A stretch of DNA of 64,000 nucleotides from Cyanophora paradoxa CCMP329 (lineage: Eukaryota; Plantae; Glaucophyta): assembly GCA_004431415.1 (NCBI GenBank), contig QPMI01000157.1, positions 186,001 through 250,000 on the forward strand, given 5' to 3'. This document shows, in pieces, positions 11,064 through 22,900 of the stretch; the stretch's first letter is position 1; every line of letters starts with the position of its first letter. The notes beneath the pieces are model-generated. The model was not told the origin of the DNA. It was given only the letters and a program-made list of their open reading frames with translations, and made no database searches. The position numbers were made by a program, and so were the translations under genes.

Positions 11064-14000
11064 ATGGCCCCGAGCAGAGGGGCGCCGAGCCGCGTCATCG
11101 CGGCGCTCCTGTGGTGCCTCCTGGCGGCGCAGGCGGCCCTCGCGGCGCCGCAGGAGCCCGGGCGGGAGGCTCGGCGGCAGTTCGCATTCGGCGACGCCAG
11201 CGCTTCGTCGGCACAGAAGTGCGGCGCAGGCATCCGTCTCGCGACCCCACGAGCGTCGCGCTCACGTACGGGCGCGCCGCCCCGCGCAGGTTCCTGTTCT
11301 TCGAGAGCGACCACCCCTTCGTCATTCCGCTCGTCATTAACGTCGGCCTGATCGGCTTTGAAGTCTCCAACAACGGCGCGCTGAACTTCACCATCAGCTC
11401 CTCGGTCCGCGCCCCGGCGACCGCGGCCAGCGTCATCGGCCCTGACCGGCGCCCCGGCCGCGCAGGAGTTCGAGTCGCTCCTGCAGAAGCACCTGCCGAC
11501 GCACCAGCCGTCCGTCTTCGAGTCGCAGGAGCCGCTGCGCGCGCAGGTGGGCCGCCCGGCGCGGCACCGCGGGCCACGCCGCGGCCACCGACGCCCGCGG
11601 CAGTACCAGATCACATACAACGTGGTGCACATCAACGCGTTCCACCTGAGGCGGCTCGAGGAGGCCATCCGCGGGGGCCTCCGGGCCTCTGGCGAGACGG
11701 GCGTGCGCGCCGCCCGCCCGCCCTGAGATCCCAGCAGCTCCCTTGCCTCACGCCTTGCGGCGGGATCGGCAGGTCCTCGAGGGCTACGAGGGCAAGCGCC
11801 CGATCTACGACGTCGACGTCGCTGCCGTCGAGGAGGCGAGCCGCAGCACCCCCCGCTTCCCTTCCCCGTCGCCCCGCGCGAATCCCGCTCCACAGGCGCT
11901 GGACCGGGCCTACATGACCTACTTCGGGTACACCGCCGAGGCCCACACGCGCTTCGCGCGGCAGGAGATGGTGCCCCTCCCGGCACGACACTCCCGCCCG
12001 GGCCGACCTGTACCCCCCTCCCCGCAGTTCCCGTACGCGGTGATGATCCTGAACCCCGCCAAGCCGCTCTTCGCCCCCCCGGGCCTGGCGCTGGACGGTA
12101 CCCCCCACCCGTTCCTGTACCGCTACTTCCACAAGGGCGCCGGTCCGACCCAGAGCTGGCTCGCCAAGTGCGCCACCCCTGCGCCCCGGCGCCTCCGCTC
12201 CCCTCCTGCCCTCACCGGGGTACAGGCGGCGGTACGTCGCGGTGGATCTGAGCGCGGGACCCGTGCAGGCGCCCTCTCCCCCCCGCTCCCTCTCCCCCTC
12301 TGCGCGTACCCCCTGACGCGCCCGCCGCAGTACGGGCCGACGCGCGTGTCGGACGGGACCGTCTCGCACCGCACCGTACCCCGCGTGGACGAGTGCGCGC
12401 GCACCCCCCTTGCGGCGCGCGCCCCTCACGCCCGGCAGCGCCTTCGCGGCCGACGAGGCGGAGGCGCGCGCCGCCGCCGACGCCGCCGCCCGCGGCCGCC
12501 GCGCCGGTCCGCGCGCCCGCCGAGCCCGCCCTCCCCGCTGACTTGGCGCCGGCAGACTTCCCGGAGGCGGCGGGGGAGCAGCCGCTGGGCCCGGGCGGGC
12601 GCCCCGTCTCCCCGCAGCGCCGCGCCGGCTTCCTCGGCCAGGCGCCCGCCCCCGCCCGCCCGCCCGCCCCCCGGCTCCTCACCGAGGCCGGGCGGGCAGC
12701 TGGCGGGGTGGTGGCGACGGCGGTGGAGTACGTCTTCGCCCCGACCTCCGCTTCGACTGCCTCGAGGCCCGCCCGCCCAGCGCCCGGCCCCGCCGAGGCG
12801 GCGGCCCGAGCGGCGGGGGCGCAGGCGGCGGAGCGCGTGCTGGTGCCCGTCGTCGTGCTGCGCAACCACCGCGCCTTCGACCCCTCTCCCCCTCCAGGCC
12901 CGCCCCCCTGCCCCCCTGCCCCCGTCCCCGCCCCCTCACCCCCTGGGGCAGCCCTGCGGCGTTCCGGCTGAACGCGTCGGCGCTGGAGGCGGCGCTGGCG
13001 CGGCTCGCCCTCCCCGGCCAGACCCTCTCCGTCGTCGCCGGCCCGCCCCCGCCCTCCCCGCTCAGCCCGCGGCCTCCGAGTGACGTGTGGGCGGGCGGGC
13101 TGGGGCTGCAGGCTCGCACTACCTCTACGAGCACCGCCACATCGCCCTCGCCCTCGCCAAGGTGAGGGGGGGGAGGCGGGGCAGGAGGAAGACAGACGGG
13201 CTCGACCCCAGCCCGCGCCGCCGCCCCGGGCTGACGTCGCCCCGCGCGAAGGCGACGCGGGCGCACACGGGGCCGCAGGCGGGGGCGGCGGGGGCCGGCT
13301 CGGGCGGGGCGGGCGACGCGGGTGGACGGGGCGACCCTCGCCCACGAGCTCGCCCACGCCGCCGACCTCCTCGCCGGGTCCGCCCCGTTCCGCCACGCCC
13401 GCCCGCCCGCCGCTCTGACCGGGGCGGGGCGGGGCGGCAGACCGCTCATCGGGGCGCACCAGCCGGCCCTCGTGCGCGCCGCCTCGGCAGCCGCCAAGGA
13501 GGGCACGGGCAAGGGCCGGGAGGCCAAGGGCAAGGCGCGGGGCCCAGGAGGGGGCGCCACCGCCGGCTCCCTCGGCACCCGCGTGCGGCCCCGCCCCCGC
13601 CCGCTCCCCGCCCCGGCCCGGCCGCCGACGCGAGAGGCCGCGCCGCTCGCGGCAGGTGCTGCCGGTGTACGTGTTCAGCCTCGCGGGGCTGCCCCGGACG
13701 CCCTCATCGACGGCGCCTCCCCCGTCCACGCGTCCGCCCCGCCCCGCCCCGCAGCGCCGCGCGCCGCGCCGCGGGGCCGAGGCGGGGCGGGCGGCGCAGG
13801 ACGCACGACATGGTGCTGGTGCTGCAGGCCGAGGCCGAGGCCGGCGCCCCGCTCCCCTTCTTCGCCGGCGGCGGCCCCGCCGGCGGCTCCGAGCGCCCCG
13901 TCCGCGCCGAGGCCCGCCCCGCCCCTGCCCCCTCCCCTCCCCGCCGTTCGCTGAGAGGGGGCGGGACAGGTGCGGCAGGTGCTGCGGCACGCGGTGGCGG

Positions 14001-15063
14001 GGGCGGCGGCCTCACTGGGCGCACTGGTCGCCCCCTTCGAGCGCTACTCGCCCGCGCACCGCCGCCCCCTCGCCAACTACCTCTTCGCCCACGGGTGCCC
14101 GCCCCGCCCCCTCCCTCGCGCTCCCCTTCCGACCTCCTCCCCGGGCAGGGAGCACCCGTTCGGCCCCTTCAGCAACAGCACGGAGCTCTCCGACGTGCTG
14201 GTGGACCACGTCGGCCGCAACGCGCTGCTCGCCCGCCTGCACGCCGCCCTCGGCGCCCTCCGCGCCGCCACGCACCGCGTCGACCACTTCGCCGCCGAGT
14301 ACGTCTACGACGCCTCCGGTCTGCTGTTCCTTCCTTGTTCGATCGTTCGTCTGCCCCTTTCTTAGTGTCCGCAGGCGAGCTGGTGGCGGCGCACGGGCCG
14401 GCGGCGGGGCCGGGCGGGGCCGGGGCCGGGGGCCGCGGGGCGTGGCTGGAGCGGCTGTACCACGCGGGGCGGGAGGGGCCGGGGGCGCGCTGCGGGGCCC
14501 GCTGGCGCGGTCGGTGGTGGAGCGGCTGCACGGCGACCTCGCCCGCCTGGAGGCCCAGCTCGTCGAGGCCCGCCCCGCCCCGCCCCCCGCCCCTGCCCCG
14601 CCCAGCTCAACCCAGCCCCTCCGCCCCTCGCCTGGCAGGTGTCGCAGCTGCTGTACGGCTTCCGCCTCGAGGAGGCCGGCCGCCGCGCCGCCTCCCTCCT
14701 CGTCGTCCGCGCCCCGCGCCCCGCCCCAGCCGTCCCCCGCAGGCCCCCGCTCAGTGAGGGCGCGGGGCGCAGGCGGCGCGGGGCTTCCACGCGTACGCGC
14801 TGCAGCAGCTCGCCGTCGCCGCCGCCGACGTCCGCTGCTGCTCCGTCCGCCACCAGCTCTCCGTCCGCCCCGCCCCCGCCTGCAGCCTCGCCCTCCGTCT
14901 CACCGCACCGCAGCCGGAGGCGCGCCGGGGGGCCGGGCCGTCGGGCCTCGCCTCGGGGCCCCTGCCCCTCCTGCTCGCCTTCCTCATCCTCGCCGGCGGC
15001 GGGGCCGCCTTCTGGCTCTCGCCCCCCCGGCCCCGCCCCGCCCTCCACCGCCGCTCCGACTGA
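11064..15063 (+). CDS. Conserved uncharacterised secreted/type I membrane protein resembling a plant/amoebozoan family, multi-exon
   Basis: Signal peptide (VIAALLWCLLAAQAALA). Exons FVIPLVINVGLIGF, YAVMILNPAKP, TQSWLAK.RYVAVDLSAGP, YGP...GTV, VLVPVVVL, VLPVYVFSL, HPFGPFSNSTELSDVLVDHVGRN. C-terminal TM LLLAFLILAGGGAAFW. Family assignment is from motif recollection only. Confidence 0.65.
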
Positions 15064-15375
15064 TCGCCATGGGTCCCCCCGGCCGCTGTTATCGTGCACA
15101 GTGCGATTGCCAGGCGCCCGGCGCTGGCGGCACGCAGGCAGCTGCAGGGAACGCGAGCGCCCGGCCGGGGCCCGGGCCGGGAGCCCCCGCGCGCTCGCAA
15201 TCGGGGCGGGTATAGTGCGCATGCCGGTGTACGCGTACCCTCCGAAAACAAAAAAGCAGTCCCGCAAAAAAATGGGCCCGCTTCTTTGGGGGTAGAGGGC
15301 TCGCTCGGGCCAGGGCGCCGGCGGCGGGTAGCTGGAGCTGCTGGACTTGCTGTCGACATCAACCAGGCCGCCGTA

Positions 15376-18300
15376 ATGGCGACGCCGGAGCCCGCGCCGG
15401 CGTCCTTCTCTGCGTGGGAAGATGATCCCGGCGCCCGAGCGCCCAGCGGCGAGCTTGAGGACCGCGCCCTCGTTGAGCCTGTCAGCATACAGCGGCTCAA
15501 CGGCGGCTCGGGCGGTGCCGTTGACGAGCAGTGCCGCGAGGAGACGCATACGAGCTCGAGTGCACGTGCCGCGGCCGCGGCGCCGCAGCTGCAGGCCCGC
15601 GTCGAGCCCCCAGCAGCTGCGGCGCCGTACGTCCGCAGTCGGGAGTATGAGCAGATGCAGGTTGAGACCCCACACGCAGGCTGTGATGAACGCCCCTCGA
15701 GCTCAGAGCTCGGGGCCGCAACGCCTAGGCCTGCTGCAGCGCTGTTGCCGTTGCTTGGCGGCGGCGCGGCGGCCCGGCGGGCGGCGGCGGCGCCCGCGCT
15801 CGAAAGCGATCCGGTCACTCCGGGGGCTGCGGCCGAGCCGGCGGCGTCGCAGGAGCGGGAGTCCCCGTGGCCCGGCCCCGCGCCGTCGACGTCGGAGGGG
15901 CGGGGCGCGCCTTCGTCCACGGCGCGATCGCGGGGCGAGGACGGCCCGGGGCGGCCCTCGCGGCCGTGAAGGCGGGCCTGCGGCTCGGGGCCGGGCGGCA
16001 GACGGGCCGGAGCGTGGGGGCCCTCGCGCCGGCCGACGAGCTGGGGCGGATGGGGCGCGGCCTGCGGCAGCCCGTGACCGCCGTGGCCCTCCTCTGCCGG
16101 GGGACCCAGATACGTGCGCCCCCGCCCCGCCCTCCCCGCCCCCCGCCGGGACTCGAGCTCGCCGCGGCCGCTGCGCAGTGCTCGCCTCGGCGGACCGGAC
16201 GCTCCGCCGGCACGCCGCCGACACCGGGCAGCTCCTGTGCGCCCCGCCCCCGCCCCCGCCCCGCCGCCTCCGACCGGGCGGCCGGCAGCTCGGCCTACCG
16301 GGCCTTCCCGGGGACGTTGCCACCATCGCCGCCGACCACGAGCGCGTGCGCCGCCCTCGAGGGCCCGGCCCGGGCTCCTCTGTGCAAGTGGCCGGGCCGA
16401 GCGGGCGCCGCGCAGCCGCTGGCGTTCAGCGGCGGCTCCGACGGGGCCGTCGCGCGGTGGGATCTCGAGGGCGAGGCCGCCGCCGCCGGCCGCGTCCTCG
16501 CCAGGCGCGCGCCGCCCCTCCTCCCGCCTTCTCTAATTTTGAGTCCGCGTACCCCCAGGCACGACGGCCCCGTCCTCTGCGTGGCGTACGCCCCCGGTCT
16601 TGGAGCCGTCCTCTCCGGCAGCCGCGACGGAACCCTGCGCGCCTGGGACGAAGCGAGCGGTACCCCCCTCCTCTGCCTCGACCGCTCGCACGGTACCCCT
16701 CCACCGCCCCCCTCCCTCCTCCGCCATCCGCTGCCGGCGGCGACGCTGGCCGCTGCAGGCGTCACGGGGCCCGTCACGTCCGTCGCTCCCCCCCCTCCGG
16801 GGTACGACAGCTTCGCGTTCGCCTGCGGGGACCTCGACCCCACCGGCAAGGGTGCGCCCCCTCTCCCCGCTCCCCTCCTCCCCTCTCCCCCCGTACCCCC
16901 TTGCCCGATCGCGATACGCTCGTACCCCGGCGGCGGGCAGAGCACTTCGCCTTCGTGCGGGGCCTCTCCGACGCGGGCCGGCGCTGGCGCATCCCGGACC
17001 GCGCGTGGGCCCTCGCCCTCGGCCCCGACCTCGCCCACGTGTACGCCCCCCGCGCTCCCCCCCGCGCCCCGCGCGGGCCGGGACACGAGCCTCACCCTCC
17101 CCCCCGCCTCCCGGGCAGGTACCTGGGGCACCAGGGCGGCGACGTGACGGCGTGGGACGTCGCCGCCGCCCGCCAGACCGCCCGCCTCCCCGCGCACGCC
17201 CCCAAGCAGGCCCGCCCCGCCCCGCCCCCGCCCTCCGATCCGCACGCGTACCCCCACCGGAGCCGACGGCCCCGGGGCAGGTCTCTCGGCTGGAGGTCCA
17301 CGGCGCGGCGCTCGTCTCGGCGGGGAACGACAGCCGCGTGCTGCTGTACCCCCTTCCCGAGGCGGGCGCCCCGGCCCCCGCCCCGGAGCGGGTCTCCACG
17401 AGCCACAGCGGGGCCGTCAACGGCTTCGCCCTGCGGCCCTCCGACGGCGCCCTCTTCACCGCGGGGTACGACCACCAGGTCTGCCCGCACCCCCCTCTTC
17501 TTCCCCCCCCCCCTCCCCGGGCTCCGATCCGGCCCGCCCCCTCAGGTCCACCGCCTCGACGGGTTCGCGTCCAAGGGCGGACCCTCCGCGCCCGCCGCCG
17601 TTCTCGTGCCCCCCGCCCCGACGTCCCCCCTCGCCCTCCTCCTCCACCTCGTCCTCCTCCTCGCGTGCGGGCGCACTCTCGCCAGCCCCCTTCCCCCGTC
17701 TCTTAGGGGTACGCAGAGAGCACTTCCAGGCCCTCAAGTTCATCGTTGACAACATGGAGGTGCGGCGCCGCGTACCCCCAAGCCGCCTCCCCGGCCCCCA
17801 CCCCCGCTCCCTTTCGAGCCGCCGCGCAGGTTTACAACTACCGTCAGGGCCTGCGGTGCCCCCTCACGGGGGCCATCTCGGTACCCCCCGCGCACCCTCC
17901 CCCCCCGGGGGCGGGGGGCGAGGGGGCGGCAGATCAACGTGGTGGAGCCGCTGGGCCCTCTCACGGGCTTCTCCGTCCGGGGGCTCACCCCCAACGTCGC
18001 CCCCTACTGGCTCAGGCCCGCCCCGCCCCCGCCCCCCCTACCAGGCCGCGTGGAGCGAGCCGCGCGCGCAGCACGTGCTTCATGGTCGCCTTCGTCGGCG
18101 TCATGCTCGCCTGCTTCAAGGCCCGCCCCGTCCCGCCCCGTCGGCCTCGCCGGCGCCTCAGGGTGTGCGGGGCAGGGGCTCTACGGGCTGGTGCTGATGC
18201 GGGCGGCGCGCGACCGCCTCGGCGCCTTCCTCCGCGCCCTCCTCGAGAATGGTGCGCATGCGCCGGCCAGGGCCGAAGCGGGGGCCGCCCGCGCGAGCCC

Positions 18301-19802
18301 CGGAGCTCTCGGAGCCTCCAAGCAGCGGGCGCGGCTCACGGTGAGCCGGGGCGGGGGGGCGCGGGGGCGCAGGCCTCTGGTTCTCGTCGATGATCCTCTC
18401 CACGTCGGCCGTCGAGCAGGCGCCCCGCCCCGCCCCGCCCCGCCCCGCCCCGCCCCGCCCTCTCCTGACGTCGGGGGCCCCTCTCGCCAGGTGGCGCGGG
18501 CCTTCGGGTGCGTGGAGGGGGAGTACAGCCCGGGGGTACCCTGCTGGACGGGCCCCCACTGGCCGGTGCCCCCTCTCCCACCGCCTCCCCCTCCGCTCCG
18601 CATCCTCCACGCCGACGCCAGCCCCGGGGGCGGGGCGCGCAGTACGTGCTTGTGGGGCCCCTCGCCGCCGTCCCCTTCGTCGCCATGTGCCTTCGGTGCG
18701 CCCCCGACCCCGCCGCCCGTGCGCGAGGCCCCAGCCGACGTCTGGCGGCCCTGAGGCCTCCCCTCGAGCGCCGGCTCCGGATCCGGCGCCGGCGTCGGCC
18801 CGAAGCCTGAGACCTGACCCCGTCCCCGCGCGCAGGCTGGTGGCGGTGGAGGGCCGCCTCATGAACTACGGCTTCCACCTCCTCTACTGGGGGGTCCGCC
18901 CCGCCCCGGCCCCGGCCCCGCCTCCCCCCGCTCCTCCTTGGGCCACGCGGATCGCGCGCATACATCGCTGTTGATTAGATCCTATAGATCGGACGCACTT
19001 GGAATCCAACGCTTGGAAACCATTAAATGCCCTCGCTAGAATCCGCGCTCCTCTCCTCACGGCGGGGGCAGAACGACAACACGGCGGCGGTGCTGATCAA
19101 CGTGCACCCGTTCTCGCGGCGCTCGGCCGGCTACGAGCGCCTGCGGCTCGCCCTCGCCCTCGCCTTCGGCGTCTGCACCGCCGTCATCCGCGACCGCCCC
19201 GTCGCCTCCGCCCTCTTCCAGGTCCGCCCCGCCAGCGCCGCGCGGGGCCCGGGGCCCAACGTCTGACCGCTGCCGCGCAGATGGTGTTCTGCCTGCTGCA
19301 GCTCGCCTCGGTGGCCGTGTGGCGCCCCTTCTACAACCCCCACGTCAACGCCCTCCGTGCGCCCCGCCCCACCCCGCCCCGCGCGCCCCGCCCCGCCCCG
19401 CCCTTATCTCCTCGGGGGTGCGGGGCGGGGCGGGGCGGGGCAGGGGCCTTCATGTTTCTCGGGCTCGCCGCATCCCCCGCCGGCATCCTTGCCACCGAGT
19501 ACTCCCCATCCCAGGCCCGCCCCCCGCCCCTTGAGCTTCTGGAGATCTCGCCTGACCGCGAGCGCGGCGGGGCGCAGGGGGCGGGCCGGGGCTTCGCGGC
19601 GGGGGCGACGGCGATCCCGACGACGTGCTTGGCGGTCTCCGTGGGGCAGGCCGCCGTCGCCGCCGCCTTCCTCCTCTACGCCGCCGCCCGCCTCGCCGCC
19701 GCCGCCGCCTCCCGCCGCCGCCGCCGCGCCCATCTCCACTCCGCGCGCGTCGCCCCCGCCGCCCCGGGGCCGGGGTCGGCCGCCCCGCTGGAGGCCGCGT
19801 AG
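15376..19802 (+). CDS. WD40-repeat protein with C-terminal multi-pass transmembrane region, multi-exon
   Basis: WD40 exons FSGGSDGAVARWD, HDGPVLCVAY...LSGSRDGTLRAWD, GDVTAWDV, HSGAVNGFAL...LFTAGYDHQV. These are followed by hydrophobic exons including FGC...CWTGPHW and WRPFYNPHVN. Start codon is uncertain. Confidence 0.65.
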
Positions 19803-19862
19803 GCATCCATCACGTATCATAGCTATAGTATTCATTGCATCTTCTTTTTTTTTTTTGAGAGA

Positions 19863-19887
19863 CTACGGTGGGGCGAACCCCCCGTAG
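19863..19887 (-). other. 3'-terminal stem-loop of the LINE
   Basis: Sense strand CTACGG-GGGG-TTCG-CCCC-A-CCGTAG: a 10-bp stem with one bulge and a UUCG loop, 6 nt before the poly(A). Confidence 0.7.
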
Positions 19888-19959
19888 GTAGTGATATTAA
19901 AGACAACAAAGCAATCACAAATCAAAGATACAGTAAACTAGCACAAAATATATACAGAA

Positions 19960-22900
19960 TCAAGAGGGATCACGAGAAAGGACACGATCAGAAGAACGCA
20001 AAAGATAAGGAGAACGAGCACGAGGAGAAGGAGTAGAAGAGCTCAAGGGCGTCGATGCAGAAGTACTAGTCACACTAGAACGACGAGGAGCACGGGGACG
20101 CAGCAAATAAGGAGAACGAGCACGAGGAACTACAGTCGAAGACGAAGATCTTGACGAAGACGACAAGACAGAGCTAACAGCAGAACTAGAAGACGTAGTC
20201 GCAGGAGGCAAAGGCGGTAGAACAGTAGGAGAGGCGAAACGTAGGACACCACTAGAGGGGAAAGTCGAAGCTGGCGGAGTGTCTAAACGGAATCGAGATT
20301 GTAGAGTTGGTAAAACAATGGACGGCTGAAGACTAATCTGAGGAACTGGGACGACACGAGGAAAGGGGCAGAGCTCGGGTGCAGACTCGGAATCGGCAGT
20401 ATAAGAGGAGGGGCGAAACGCAAGCCAGTAGTGACAGGGAAGGCAGACGATGGGGCTGAACCAGGCGGGAGAGGCAAATATAGCGAAGTAGAAGAGAGAG
20501 AAGGGTACACACGAGGAACGTCACCATACACAAAATACTCGCTGCCAAAAACTATACGGTCTGACGGTCGCTGAAGATAAAGAGGCGGAACTGCCTGAGG
20601 GCTAACAGTGAGAGATGGAGGAGGAAGAGGCAGAGCTAACGACAAAGGGAACGGAATCAAAGGTACAGGGAAGGCATGGAATACACGAGGAACTGGAAGG
20701 TGGAGGGGGCCAGTGCTCCTAACTAACATCGATGAAGCATCTGATGGAGGTGACGGCAAAACAACTGAGGGTAAACTAAGTTGAGGTGAAGCGAAGATTG
20801 ATACAAGACTATCATGAATCAAAGGGGGCCATGCAGGAACCGGCGGGCGAGGTGGATCTGGCGGGACAGCCAGAGGGGAAGCCGAAGGTACAGGAGAGGA
20901 AAGCCGCAGGCGCCGAGACACATGGACAGGGGACGGATCGGCATCGGGAGGCAAGGTTGAATTCGACGGAGACCGGGGGCGGCGGATTCGTGAAACGGAA
21001 GGTATCAGAGAAGGACTAGGGGGGGCAGGGAAGTACGGAGCCGCTGAGCAGGTGGCGACGGTGAGGGTGCAGGGGAGCGAATCCGTCGCAAAGTCGGAAC
21101 AGGCTGACGGGGCTCGGCATATGTAGCCGCAGCTGCAGGAGCTGGAGCAAGCACTGGGGGTGCCGGATCCGGAGACTGGAGGCGGGGGCGCTGGGCAGGA
21201 GGCACAGGATCTGGAGGATTCTCTGAACTAGAGGGGGTTCGAGGTCGGCGAACGCCACGGGCGTTAGCAGGATGTTTATCAGCCCGAACATGACGGTCAC
21301 GATCAGCAGAAGACTGAAAGTTCTTCCCACAAATAGGGCATATTAATGTGGAGGCAGAAGCGGCGCTAGCGCTAGCATCGGCAGACGAGCTCAAACGAGA
21401 ACTCGAGGGAGCCGGGACCGAAGCTGTATCAGCGCTAGCAGATGGCCTCGCAAAGTGCTGAACTTGAGGATTCACGCCGACGCCATTAACTGTAGTAGCA
21501 GGCCTAGGGGTAGCGACTGCAGGGGGGCCCGGGACCGCGACTGCTGGGGGGCCCGAGCGCTGTAGAGGGATAGCTCCGCGCACAGAAAAGAAGCTCGCAT
21601 CAAAAATAGATTGAGGGGGCTAGGGCGGTCACGTGACTCAGGGTTTGAACCATCGTAATCAGAGCCCTCCCCTAAATGCCGTAAACGAAGAAGCTCAATG
21701 CGCTCGACAGCAGGAGGCAACGTAATCTCGAGAATATCCAGAAAACGTTTCCACAGGTTTAGCAGAGCATTAACGGAGTACACTGGTACCCGCTCAGCAA
21801 GTAAATTATCGGGTGAGAGATATGCACGGGACAGCTGAAAAATTGCGTAAATGCCCGCCAAAATATAACCGAGATACCGAACACAGAAATCGGCATCCAC
21901 AGAAGATGTGATCAATGTCCCCGCAACACCGGGAACTTGTGGATCTAGAATAGCGGAGAACGTAATAGGAGGCAATGGTAAAGAGGGCTGCACGTCCTCG
22001 GGCAAAGCCTCTGCTAAGGATGTGAGCTCAGCATGCATGGCCCGCCAAAAACCCTGCACCACAGGGCAATCAAAGAAAACGTGCCGCACTGAACGATGCT
22101 GCCCATCATTACAAGCGCGGCAAAAAATAGCCGCGACCGGCGGCCGTTGTAAAGATGGGAAAGCCTTATATCGGAGACGGAAGAGGACATCGAGCCACAG
22201 CATAGGAAAGGCACGAAGGGCGACGAGCTGAGACACGCGATTAAGAGGGAGATCCAGACCCCAGTGTTCTGAAGGCATCTTAGCCCTACTCCGCACCCGC
22301 CACAGTCGCTGTACCTCGAGCTGGTAAAAGCGCCGAACAGAAAAGCCCTGAAGCGTGAGCATCTTATCGAATGTGAAAGCAAAATTGCTGTAGGAAAGCG
22401 TAGCTGTCGAACCCGTGCCAAGCGAAACCAGAATTGGACGCGAACCTCTGCGCAAAGAAATAAAATACTGGGAGGAGAGCACATGAAGCGGCAAGAGGCC
22501 AGCTGGTACGCCAGGGTACAAGAGCGGATCTGGAGGGCGGCCACGGGGCCACGGGACGAAATCCAACACCCGTGGGACAATCTCACCTTCAAAAAGAGGG
22601 AAGGCCACAAAAAAGCCCGAGGGACCCCTCAGATACACATATTTATCATCTTTCGATTTATACCATAAGAAACGTTCCGGTACGGCATTAGCAGTAAGCG
22701 TTGTAAGCCAACTGGATGGCAGGGCACGACAAATTTGATCAAAGGCAGCAGTATAATCAACTAGCATTGCAGGGGGAGCACGAAATCGGTGCAACTGTAC
22801 ATCCCAAATGTCAGCGACGCGCTGTACACCGGCTCTCGCAAACTCAGTATGTGTCTGTGCTGCAATGTCACTAGGAAGAACATATAAAGGATTAAGAAAA

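Noticed and set aside
62-19887. Dozens of long Pro/Arg/Gly/Ala-rich ORFs on both strands
   Set aside because: These are shadow ORFs caused by extreme GC content and stop-free introns; the real genes are spliced and cut across these frames.
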